Positions 1 through 6,500 are shown, numbered from the stretch's first letter. The stretch is DNA of 7,590 bases from Limnohabitans sp. (GCA_044357745.1 JBIKOZ010000054.1:1-7590); one strand, 5' to 3'. Notes: a model not told the origin generated them from the letters alone. Translations and numbers: made by a program.

Positions 1-383
1 CTCATATTATCTTCAGGGTCACCCGCGCTGGCTGATACGCCATAGCCCAAACGCTGCGGCACTGCAACCGCGAAGCCCTTTCGAATAAAAAATCGGGCGA
101 TGGGCTCGTAACGCTGCCGTGGGTCTTGGGCTCGGGTGGACGATTTACGGCCATGGTTCATCACCACCAGCGGAAACGGCCCTGGGCCTTGGGGGCGAAA
201 CGTTGTGACCAGCACGTCTCCGGTGATTTCTTTGTTGAACGCATCTTTAACCGTCACGGGCACCCGCACGATAGCCTCACGAATGTCGAGCGACAGTTGC
301 TCAGGCGGAGCAGGCTGCACGTCTTGCGCCGATGCTTGGTGACTAAAGGTCAGCAAAAAACTTAAGGCCACCAAGTACCGCAT
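1..383 (-). CDS. Secreted alpha/beta-hydrolase-fold protein (dienelactone-hydrolase-like). N-terminal 127 codons only; the gene continues past the left window edge.
   Basis: Absent from the ORF track because it is open at the window edge. My reverse-complement translation from ATG 383..381 reads MRYLVALSFLLTFSHQASA|QDVQPAPPEQLSLDIREAIVRVPVTVKDAFNKEITGDVLVTTFRPQGPGPFPLVVMNHGRKSSTRAQDPRQRYEPIARFFIRKGFAVAVPQRLGYG..., with no stop down to position 1. An AAAGGA Shine-Dalgarno sits 9 nt upstream. The signal peptide has an ASA cleavage motif. The 'PLVVMNHG' strand motif is typical of dienelactone-hydrolase-type alpha/beta hydrolases (from memory). Confidence 0.6.
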   Translation of the reverse strand, partial: MRYLVALSFLLTFSHQASAQDVQPAPPEQLSLDIREAIVRVPVTVKDAFNKEITGDVLVTTFRPQGPGPFPLVVMNHGRKSSTRAQDPRQRYEPIARFFIRKGFAVAVPQRLGYGVSASAGDPEDNM

Positions 384-671
384 GTGGGTTTTTCCTTTGG
401 CATAGCTGTCTGTGATGATGTTCATAGGACACGCTCTAAGAGATAGGCATTTGAACCGCATGAGGCCAAGTATCGCCCCTTTTATACGCACCGCCCAAAT
501 ACCCGACTAGCAAACTGAATCTCAGGTCACAAACTCGATTCAAAAGTTCTCGCAATTGAACCCAATCGTTTGCTCAGTAAATGTTCCGATTGAACATGGG
601 CGCTTGATTGCGTCGTGCACATCACCGAGCCAAAGATTTTTCCGCCAGTATTAGCCTTATTAAAAATTTAA

Positions 672-700
672 TTGACAATCAAACAGACGCGAATGAAAAT
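672..700 (+). promoter_or_regulatory. Candidate sigma70 promoter for the lipoprotein operon
   Basis: A perfect TTGACA at 672-677 is followed by a 17-nt spacer and GAAAAT at 695-700 (4/6 match to TATAAT). An A/T-rich UP-like tract (ttattaaaaatttaa) lies just upstream. The site is about 60-70 nt upstream of the lipoprotein start. Pattern match only. Confidence 0.3.
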
Positions 701-769
701 TCAAGTGTGCACTGCTATTTCGCTTTTCGGTGGGTCAAGCGCTGCACACCAACAGAAATGAGTCAGCCA

Positions 770-916
770 ATGAAAACTCGTCTTTTATTCATGGTCATTA
801 TCTGCGTGGCATTGATTGCATGCGGCGGTGGCGCAAGCACGGCCGTACCGGCCGTCGGCGTAGAAAACACCACCCTGCAGGTTCCGCCGCAGGTTTCGGT
901 TGTCACTCCAAACTAA
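770..916 (+). CDS. Very small lipoprotein (48 aa precursor, 31 aa mature)
   Basis: MKTRLLFMVIICVALIA|CGGGASTAVPAVGVENTTLQVPPQVSVVTPN has a positively charged n-region, a hydrophobic core and a lipobox L-I-A-C. An in-frame ATG at 758 (MSQPMKTR...) is an alternative start. Neither start has a clear SD. The track ORF 608..916 starts at a TTG far upstream and is probably over-extended. The stop is 10 nt before the next gene start. Confidence 0.55.
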   Translation: MKTRLLFMVIICVALIACGGGASTAVPAVGVENTTLQVPPQVSVVTPN

Positions 917-926
917 AGGGAACCAA

Positions 927-3158
927 ATGAACAAAAATCTATTTTTGTCTGTGGTCGGGTGCTGCCTTGTGACGCTCAATGCTAGCTTTGCGCAAACCGC
1001 CCCCGCGAGTGGCAGCTACCTGACAGATCCAACCAATACCTATGTTCAAGACCAGGCGCTAGACAGTATCAGTACGGTGAATATGATTATGTGCTTCATA
1101 GGCTCCTTGAGGCCAGAGCAAAAGGTGGGCAGCGGCCCCTACAACGCGCTGGTTGACCAGTCAAAATGTAACAACAAAGGCGCCACGGGTGAGACGACAG
1201 CCGCAGGCGCTACTTCTGCTGTCGATTACGTCAGTGTAGTGGTCGATTCGACCCGCGTCTCAACTGCAGAGGCAATGAAGGTCAAGGCGTGGGTCGCCAT
1301 GAAAAATGATACTCCGATGAGCATTTACACCTACACCACGGTCTCGGCAGGGGCATCGTCCACGCAACCTAACGGCGTATTTACGATGGATTTTTCTGGG
1401 TATCCGGTCGCGATGCCAACCACGCTGGCCATGAGGGGTTCTTTATCTGCCAGCGGAACGGATATCAGCTTTCATGAAACTGGCCCAAGTTATAACGGTG
1501 GGTCGGGGACTTACACCACGGCACTGACCCTAACCCAGTCGGGCGCAAACACCGGTTCAGGCCGAGTATCTGACAGCTCAAGTGGTGCGGCGAAGGAAAT
1601 CACCTTTGCATATAACAGCACCCACTTTAAAAGAAAAAAAGGTAGCGATTCGGCTCAATGTTTCAGCCGCGACGACGCTGATGGCGATTACTCGACTTGG
1701 CGCTATGGGGTTTATAAGGCCGACGGAAGCCGCCTGGATTTGACCAACCCTGCTTTCAATGTGACCTACACCAGCGGTGGCAACGTTTACTACGGGCAGG
1801 CCGGGTTTTATGGCGTATTTTTCCCGGACGCTGCATTAAGCGCCATGGGCTCTTCCGCCGACTTGAGCAGGCCAGGCAGCACAACGCCCTACACCTACAG
1901 CAGCGTAGGCGGCAAATTGACCAAGCTGAGCAAGGGTGAGACGACGTTAAGCGAGGTCAAGGGCCAGTCAATGCGGGTTTGGGGTATTCCCGGCTCGAGT
2001 GGTGAGACCAAAATAAATTGGGACGGTACCAATGTAGTGAAAACTGAAACAATGACTTGCGATAGCACGGGCTGTACTGGAACGGTCGCCTCTGGCAATG
2101 TGACTGCCAACGCTCTTCGGACCGCTGGTTTTAAGTCTCTCAGTGGTTATTCAGATTCTGTTGGCGGCCAGGTGATGGTTGAAGTCCCCAGCAGCGGAGA
2201 ATTTTCGGCAAGCACCAAAGTTTTTTACCGAACACGCTCAACAGTCACACCCGCGCAAGCGAATGCTTTGACCTTAATTTGCGTTAGCGATTGCTTGAAA
2301 GGAAAAGTCGCGATGGGGTCGGCATTAACAGGCGGTACAACTCCGTATGAAACGGTCGGGTCCGCTACTCAAAACTGGGGGCCAACCTTGGCATCCAGTG
2401 CTAAAACATATGTATTTACGAGTACCGGCATGATGGTATTAGGGACAGACAACACAGTCACTACTTCTCAGGTGGACGCATCGGGCTTCAGCACCACAAC
2501 TCAACTGAAGGGACAATACCAATATGGCTTGAGGTCGTCCATGCTGGCGCCCGCAACATCGACTGCAATCAAATGCGACAGCAATGGCACCCCCAATACA
2601 AGCGGGACCTACATTTGCCCCCATCTTTTTCAAACTTTGACAGAGAGTTATGAGTGGGAAACAGGTGTCAGGCCTTGGAACAAATATGCAGGCCTCACGA
2701 CTGGGGGTGCAGCGGTGACTTTTGACCCCCCGAAGCGATTGTCGCTGACCCTTGCTAGCACCAACAGCACGCTGCCATCCGCAAACTCCAAAATAGGCTC
2801 CAAAATCATGCTGGATTACAATGGCTTTGGTAATTTGAGCGGTATACCGGGTGCTTGTTATAACCCCGCCACCAATATCAAGGGCCCATGCGGCGGGACC
2901 AACACAGCCTATGCGCCAGATTTCAGTCTGAAAGCGGGGGCAATGGTCACGGATGGCGTCGATAATTATTTTGTAAAGCCAATTGATCAGGAAGTTCGCT
3001 TCGGTAAAGTTGACGACAGTTTTTGTAGTAGCCTGACCCTGCCGACAACTGCAGTTTTGCCAACAGCCAGTTCCTCGGCTGATCCCAAAATAACGCTAGG
3101 TCAGGTGCCGACACCGCTGACGGCGGCGCCGTCGGTGATACACGGGATAGTGCAGTAA
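927..3158 (+). CDS. Large secreted protein of unknown function (743 aa), Ser/Thr/Gly-rich and Cys-containing
   Basis: This is the longest ORF in the window. ATG 927 is preceded by AAAGGGA. The N-terminus MNKNLFLSVVGCCLVTLNASFA|QTAP is a type-I signal peptide. The mature part has 12 Cys, several of them close together (CDSTGC, CVSDC, CDSNG..YIC, CYNPATNIKGPC). I see no heme (CXXCH), PEP-CTERM, LPXTG, RTX or beta-barrel terminal motif. The track start at 900 lacks an SD and a signal-peptide context. Confidence 0.85.
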   Translation: MNKNLFLSVVGCCLVTLNASFAQTAPASGSYLTDPTNTYVQDQALDSISTVNMIMCFIGSLRPEQKVGSGPYNALVDQSKCNNKGATGETTAAGATSAVDYVSVVVDSTRVSTAEAMKVKAWVAMKNDTPMSIYTYTTVSAGASSTQPNGVFTMDFSGYPVAMPTTLAMRGSLSASGTDISFHETGPSYNGGSGTYTTALTLTQSGANTGSGRVSDSSSGAAKEITFAYNSTHFKRKKGSDSAQCFSRDDADGDYSTWRYGVYKADGSRLDLTNPAFNVTYTSGGNVYYGQAGFYGVFFPDAALSAMGSSADLSRPGSTTPYTYSSVGGKLTKLSKGETTLSEVKGQSMRVWGIPGSSGETKINWDGTNVVKTETMTCDSTGCTGTVASGNVTANALRTAGFKSLSGYSDSVGGQVMVEVPSSGEFSASTKVFYRTRSTVTPAQANALTLICVSDCLKGKVAMGSALTGGTTPYETVGSATQNWGPTLASSAKTYVFTSTGMMVLGTDNTVTTSQVDASGFSTTTQLKGQYQYGLRSSMLAPATSTAIKCDSNGTPNTSGTYICPHLFQTLTESYEWETGVRPWNKYAGLTTGGAAVTFDPPKRLSLTLASTNSTLPSANSKIGSKIMLDYNGFGNLSGIPGACYNPATNIKGPCGGTNTAYAPDFSLKAGAMVTDGVDNYFVKPIDQEVRFGKVDDSFCSSLTLPTTAVLPTASSSADPKITLGQVPTPLTAAPSVIHGIVQ

Positions 3159-3171
3159 TCAGTGGACTTAA

Positions 3172-3912
3172 ATGTTTAAAAATGGCTTGTGCGCAGGCCA
3201 TTTTTATTTCAGGCACGCTCGACTTTTTTGCGCGGTCACTGCGTCGCTGCTTCTGCACGGTCTGTTTTTGTACAGCATTTACAGGCATTCCCCGGTGCTG
3301 GAGAAGCCGCTAAGACTTGTTCTTGACCTGCCCATCCGAATGGATGTAACTTACCTGGGTGAGCCCGAAAAGCCAAGCGCTAAGCGGGGGGCAAAGCCCG
3401 TTTTTGCCCAAGACGCGCAGGCGCCGAGTCTCAACGCGACGGCGGGTCTGTCGCCAGAAACTGAGGCCCCCGAAGGGGCTCTTACTGGGAGCGCTTCAAA
3501 CCGCCAGGCGCCACTAAAGGACGAGTCGGCCCCCGACGTTACGATGACTTTGCCAACCGGGCTAAATTTTGGGTTTTCACACAAACGTCGGGCGGTATTT
3601 GAGCCGCCATCGCGGCCCCAGAATCATGGCGATTTGATTGCGGCATCAAAATGGTTTGATGAGAAAATTCAGGCTGATATCCGTAACAAAACCTTGGCAG
3701 ACTTGTTGGCGGATTTGTACAAGCTCGATAAACACTATGACGAAATTCAGTGCCAGTTGGGCCCTTATTATTCCTGTGATGTTGATCACGGGCCAACGCT
3801 AGCCCTGTTACAACGCCACCAAAAGTTTCTTGCAACAGTTGGAGGAGACCATGGCATGACGCTCAGGTTTTCCGGGGGGCAGTGGTTTGTCGATGTACCG
3901 CACCCGCCATGA
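3172..3912 (+). CDS. Bitopic membrane protein with a TonB-like N-terminal anchor and linker but an unrecognised C-terminal domain (246 aa)
   Basis: The start is 13 nt after the stop of the 743-aa gene. The single N-terminal TM segment is LFCAVTASLLLHGLFLYSIY, with S25-x3-H29-x6-I36-x3-S40. This matches the TonB 'SHLS' anchor signature (E. coli TonB S16/H20/L27/S31, from memory). A Pro/Ala/Glu-rich linker follows (EPEKPSAKRGAKPVFAQDAQAPS...ETEAPEG...). The C-terminal ~110 aa (..KWFDEKIQADIRNKTLADLLADLYKLDKHYDEIQCQLGPYYSCDVDHG..) does not show the YP..A...G.V TonB C-terminal pattern. Confidence 0.7.
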   Translation: MFKNGLCAGHFYFRHARLFCAVTASLLLHGLFLYSIYRHSPVLEKPLRLVLDLPIRMDVTYLGEPEKPSAKRGAKPVFAQDAQAPSLNATAGLSPETEAPEGALTGSASNRQAPLKDESAPDVTMTLPTGLNFGFSHKRRAVFEPPSRPQNHGDLIAASKWFDEKIQADIRNKTLADLLADLYKLDKHYDEIQCQLGPYYSCDVDHGPTLALLQRHQKFLATVGGDHGMTLRFSGGQWFVDVPHPP

Positions 3913-4130
3913 CGTCTTCTGATAATTTATATACCCTTCGGTAGGGATCATTCATCAAAGATGACGGGAGTGTCGAGAAAATGGGGATCGTTTGAGTGAC
4001 GCAATTTGACGTCTCTCAAGTTGTCATATTGCGTTAGTAATGTTGCCGCCGACCTCAAATTGACCACCTGGTCAAATCTACTTAAGCGTCAACACTAGTG
4101 TGAAAGAACTTGAAGAACCGACCAGCCAAT

Positions 4131-4154
4131 AGTTTGTTCCGATCGGAACAAACT
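4131..4154. repeat. 24-bp perfect palindrome AGTTTGTTCCGA|TCGGAACAAACT
   Basis: Read directly; the sequence equals its own reverse complement. It abuts the stop codon (4155-4157 on the minus strand) of the recombinase-gene relic. No U-tract follows on either strand, so it is not a classical intrinsic terminator. Confidence 0.9.
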
Positions 4155-4207
4155 TCAAATCAACTCAACAGCGTTGCGCTTCATGTCATCATTCACGTCA
4201 ATGTTGC
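4155..4207 (-). pseudogene. Relic of a tyrosine-recombinase gene 3' end (last 15 codons plus stop)
   Basis: Positions 4155-4207 align without gaps to 5019-5071, the 3' end of the intact recombinase gene, at 48/53 identity by my base-by-base count. On the minus strand the relic encodes ..S-N-IDVNDDMKRNAVELI*, against ..R-Y-IDVNDDMKRNAVELI* in the intact gene. The three mismatches inside the shared 15 codons are all synonymous third positions. Homology ends exactly at the catalytic Tyr codon (Y to N). Confidence 0.75.
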
Positions 4208-4281
4208 TTAAAAGCGAGCACGGGTTGTCAAATATCGCTGATCTAGCGTGGTCGATTTACGCGACGACTTAAGCCATTTTT

Positions 4282-4629
4282 TTAAGCAGCCGCAGCAGCG
4301 GAAGCCGTGCGGCGACTTGGGGTGGATATACGATCAAGCACACGTTTGTTGCGTGGTTTTGTGATGGTGACTTCAGGGCTCATTCCAGCCGTGCAAGCCA
4401 TGTCCATCAACATGTCCAAAGAGAAAAGATGGATCTTGCCGCGAGTCAAATCAGAAATACGGGGCTGAGTCACCCCAAATAAATCTGCAGCATCCTTCTG
4501 CCGTAGCTTGCGTGTGTTGATGATCTCGCTCAGCTCCATCATCAGTTTTGATCTGGCTTTCAAGCTGGCCGTTTCTTGAGGCGTGTCAGTGATGGCATCC
4601 CAAACGCTGGGGTAATGAGTGGATTTCAT
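4282..4629 (-). CDS. XRE-family helix-turn-helix antitoxin (HigA-like, HTH_37 type), 115 aa
   Basis: The sequence MKSTHYPSVWDAITDTPQETASLKARSKLMMELSEIINTRKLRQKDAADLFGVTQPRISDLTRGKIHLFSLDMLMDMA... contains the typical 'Q.DAA.L.GV.QPRISDL..GK...FSLD.L' HTH core. Its ATG overlaps the toxin stop by 4 nt (ATGA at 4629..4626). An AGGGA lies 9 nt upstream. Confidence 0.85.
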   Translation of the reverse strand: MKSTHYPSVWDAITDTPQETASLKARSKLMMELSEIINTRKLRQKDAADLFGVTQPRISDLTRGKIHLFSLDMLMDMACTAGMSPEVTITKPRNKRVLDRISTPSRRTASAAAAA

Positions 4630-4916
4630 GGCTTGAGTCCCTGTAGTAAGTCGCGAAGTCGTTTGTTAGAAATATCTAAATCTTTTTGAGCAGTTTTTTG
4701 GCTCTTCTTTTGGAAGCAATGTAAAACGTGGATGGCATCTTTTAGCTTGGCAATGTAGATCACGCGAAATTGTCCTGCCTCGTCTGTGATTCTTAGCTCC
4801 CAAACACCTTTGCCAACGGTTGGCATTGGCTTGAAGTCATCAGGCTCAAGTCCATGCTGAACTTTGTCCAGTTGATAACCCGCTTCGTTTCTTGCTGCGG
4901 GTGGGAACTCTCTCAA
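4626..4916 (-). CDS. Gp49-like / HigB-type RelE-superfamily toxin. The N-terminus is compromised (see finding); the ORF is given as in the track, from TTG 4916.
   Basis: The sequence ..REFPPAARNEAGYQLDKVQHGLEPDDFKPMPTVGKGVWELRITDEAGQFRVIYIAKLKDAIHVLHCFQKKSQKTAQKDLDISNKRLRDLL matches the family pattern I recall (..FP..AR.EAG.QL..VQ.G..P.D.KPM..VG.GV.E.R......FRVIY.AK....V.VLH.FQKK.QKT...D.). The toxin-upstream order is as in higBA. In-frame coding-like sequence continues upstream (KIAFEGSSLDD) to a TAG at 4952..4950, which directly follows ATG 4955..4953. Confidence 0.7.
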   Translation of the reverse strand: MREFPPAARNEAGYQLDKVQHGLEPDDFKPMPTVGKGVWELRITDEAGQFRVIYIAKLKDAIHVLHCFQKKSQKTAQKDLDISNKRLRDLLQGLKP

Positions 4917-4961
4917 ATCATCAAGTGAGCTTCCTTCAAAGGCAATTTTCTACATCGACAT

Positions 4962-4981
4962 ATTATACAAATATTTGGATA
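4962..4981 (-). promoter_or_regulatory. Candidate TA promoter -10 box with an overlapping operator palindrome
   Basis: The minus strand reads ccaaatatttgTATAATatgtcgATG. A perfect TATAAT (plus-strand coordinates 4962-4967) ends 6 nt before ATG 4955. An 18-bp palindrome, TATACAAATATTTGGATA (4964-4981), has 8 of 9 pairs complementary and a core CAAATATTTG, and it overlaps the -10 box. This is the usual arrangement for antitoxin autoregulation. I found no convincing -35 element. Confidence 0.4.
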
Positions 4982-4993
4982 AATGAATAGATC

Positions 4994-5010
4994 TGTCGTC
5001 TAACACGACA
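4994..5010 (-). repeat. Hairpin motif copy 1 (TGTCGT-5 nt-ACGACA), 8 nt downstream of the recombinase stop codon
   Basis: The minus strand reads TGTCGTGTTAGACGACA, a 6-bp stem with a 5-nt loop. It matches the plus-strand sequence at 7031-7047 in 16 of 17 positions. A possible terminator-like or protein-binding element; there is no strong U-tract. Confidence 0.5.
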
Positions 5011-5018
5011 CCACTGCA

Positions 5019-5603
5019 TCAGATCAACTCAACAGCGTTGCGTTTCATGTCATCATTGACGTCAATATAGCGTTGGGTTACTGCGATGCTACGATGTCCT
5101 GCGAGGCTGGCCAATACCCGCACACCAATTCCTTTGGTGGCCAAGTTGGTGATAAAACTTCGCCTCATGGAATGACTTGATGCACCCGCGATACCTGCCC
5201 GTTTGAACAAGTAGTGAAAGTGCTGCGCCATCACATTGGCGCTGAAGCGTTTTCGCCCTGCTGTGACAAATAGTGGATGTTCTGGCTTGGCATCAGTTCT
5301 CAACACCAAGTAAGCAACAAGCTCATCACGCAGCTTTTGTGGCAGAAATACTGTGCGTGGTTGACGTCCCTTGGTTTGCTCTGCTGTTAATCGCACTTCT
5401 GCTTTGACTGTGCGATCAGTATTCATCACGTCGCCAATGCTCAAACTGCTGATTTCTCCAACTCGCATGCCAGAAAATAATCCTGTCAGCAGCATCACGC
5501 GATTGCGTAAGGGGTAGTTATGTTGAGCGATGTAGTTGAGCACTTGCTCAATTTCATTTGGGGTGAGTGTTTTTGCTTGGCTCATGTTTTGTGGTGTTTG
5601 CAT
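5019..5603 (-). CDS. Catalytic-domain-only tyrosine recombinase (194 aa, FimB/FimE-like size)
   Basis: ATG 5603 is preceded by AAGGAG 12 nt upstream. The track start at 5699 adds 32 aa with no SD. A complete catalytic set is readable: R47 (GMRVGE), K78 (TKGRQ), H144-x-x-R147 (HSMRR), H170 (LAGH) and Y179 (QRY). There is no room for an N-terminal SAM-like core-binding domain. Confidence 0.85.
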   Translation of the reverse strand: MQTPQNMSQAKTLTPNEIEQVLNYIAQHNYPLRNRVMLLTGLFSGMRVGEISSLSIGDVMNTDRTVKAEVRLTAEQTKGRQPRTVFLPQKLRDELVAYLVLRTDAKPEHPLFVTAGRKRFSANVMAQHFHYLFKRAGIAGASSHSMRRSFITNLATKGIGVRVLASLAGHRSIAVTQRYIDVNDDMKRNAVELI

Positions 5604-5742
5604 TAAATAATTTCGCTCCTTTAAGTGTGTTTTCTTTTGTGCTTTTGGGCGACCTATGTCCCATAAAGATGGCGGGGCAAATATCTCTATTGATTTCAAT
5701 GACTTACGTCATCACCAAATAAAAGCATACTTTTCATTGGTG

Positions 5743-5755
5743 CAGGTATTTATGC
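5743..5755. repeat. Left arm of a 13-bp perfect inverted repeat (CAGGTATTTATGC)
   Basis: Its exact reverse complement, GCATAAATACCTG, occurs at 6643-6655. This arm lies 140 nt upstream of the recombinase start. By my estimate a 13-mer inverted match is expected about 0.4 times by chance in 7.6 kb, so its function is unproven. Confidence 0.3.
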
Positions 5756-5916
5756 CTTTAGCTCAGCAATCTGTGGGATCAAGACGACAACACTACTGCG
5801 ATTGTTTAAACAAGCGCAGCTGTGTTTTTGTAATTGCCAGCACTCTAAGGTGCTGACGCAGAAAGATCTGCGCTTGCGGGGCTGGAAATTGGCGTTTGTG
5901 CAGGCGCTAGACCAAA

Positions 5917-6378
5917 TCACCACTCAGTCAAGTCAGCATTGGTAGCAAGGAACTGCGGGGCACGCAGTCCACTTCTATTGGCTTGACAGGGTTTGGCTGA
6001 AATCGTCCACTTGTCTTCAATGTTGAAATCTGGGTCGATGATCATGATCGCCAATTCTTTGCTATCACAATCAAATGAGCAATAGCCAATTACCAATGTC
6101 TTTTGCTTAGTGCTGCAGTCATACCTATTGATCCAACTGTATAAAGTATCTGCCTGCTTGGGAACGCCATTAATGATTTCTATTTGGTAATTGGTTTTGG
6201 CAATGTTGCACCAGTCGTCATAATTGAAGAGATCAATCACATATTTCACTGTGGGTGATTTGAGATCGATAGACCCATTGAACAAGGCTCGACGAAACAA
6301 GCCCTTTCCGTATGTGGTGCCGTAGGTGGAATTCTCATAAAGCCTTACGGCAAGTTCTGTTTGATTTGTTGTCAGCAT
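5917..6378 (-). CDS. Hypothetical protein, 153 aa, with no family recognised
   Basis: ATG 6378 is preceded by a strong AGGAG 6 nt upstream (acAGGAGaaattATG). The sequence is MLTTNQTELAVRLYENSTYGTTYGKGLFRRALFNGSIDLKSPTVKYVIDLFNYDDWCNIAKTNYQIEIINGVPKQADTLYSWINRYDCSTKQKTLVIGYCSFDCDSKELAIMIIDPDFNIEDKWTISAKPCQ.... It has no signal peptide and no TM segment. The track extension to TTG 6504 adds an Arg-rich, low-complexity 42 aa and is probably not translated. Confidence 0.75.
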   Translation of the reverse strand: MLTTNQTELAVRLYENSTYGTTYGKGLFRRALFNGSIDLKSPTVKYVIDLFNYDDWCNIAKTNYQIEIINGVPKQADTLYSWINRYDCSTKQKTLVIGYCSFDCDSKELAIMIIDPDFNIEDKWTISAKPCQANRSGLRAPQFLATNADLTEW

Positions 6379-6500
6379 AATTTCTCCTGTGTTTGGTTGC
6401 TGGAGTTGCGCTGGTCGCTGAAGTCGCAGAGGCCAAAAAAGGCGTCGCCTGTCTCGCGTTGCTCGTTGCAAGTCTGAGTTACTCATTTGTTCCCAAATCA

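Noticed and set aside
126-365. Plus-strand track ORFs 126..365 and 136..342
   Set aside because: They lie entirely antisense to the signal-peptide-bearing hydrolase-like ORF (1..383, minus). Their products are Arg/His/Gly-rich shadow frames with no SD.
582-590. The 9-mer TGTTCCGAT, shared between the left intergenic region and the 24-bp palindrome (4135-4143)
   Set aside because: Roughly a hundred shared 9-mers are expected by chance in a window of this size.
608-979. The long TTG-initiated version of the lipoprotein ORF (608..916), and the overlapping ORFs 730..930 (+) and 785..979 (-)
   Set aside because: The only protein-like feature is the lipoprotein signal peptide, which starts at 758/770. 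The upstream 50 codons cover the candidate promoter. The other two ORFs are overlapping alternative-frame artefacts.
1629-1640. An A4-G-A7 tract in the 743-aa gene (KRKKG), and the G6 tracts at 3386-3391 and 3874-3879, considered as slipped-strand phase-variation sites
   Set aside because: Homopolymers of 6-7 nt are too short to argue for contingency-locus behaviour without population data.
1895-3835. Minus-strand track ORFs 1895..2110, 2439..2633, 2947..3288, 3351..3584 and 3539..3835
   Set aside because: All are antisense shadows inside the long plus-strand genes. They have no SD and low-complexity products.
3925-3955. The small hairpin CCCT-tcggt-AGGG after the stop of the 246-aa gene, considered as an operon terminator
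   Set aside because: It has only a 4-bp stem and no downstream T-tract, which is too weak to call.
3913-4281. A tRNA/tmRNA gene or fragment as the island attachment site; CRISPR arrays anywhere in the window
   Set aside because: I found no GTTCGAATC-like T-arm motif or cloverleaf-compatible pairing by eye. There are no regularly spaced direct repeats. This was a manual scan only; tRNAscan-SE, ARAGORN and a CRISPR finder should confirm it.
5604-5856. The N-terminal extension of the recombinase ORF to 5699, and the plus-strand ORF 5656..5856
   Set aside because: The extension has no SD, and the AAGGAG sits in front of ATG 5603. The 66-aa plus ORF has no SD, gives a Cys/Ser-rich odd product, and occupies what looks like the recombinase upstream region.
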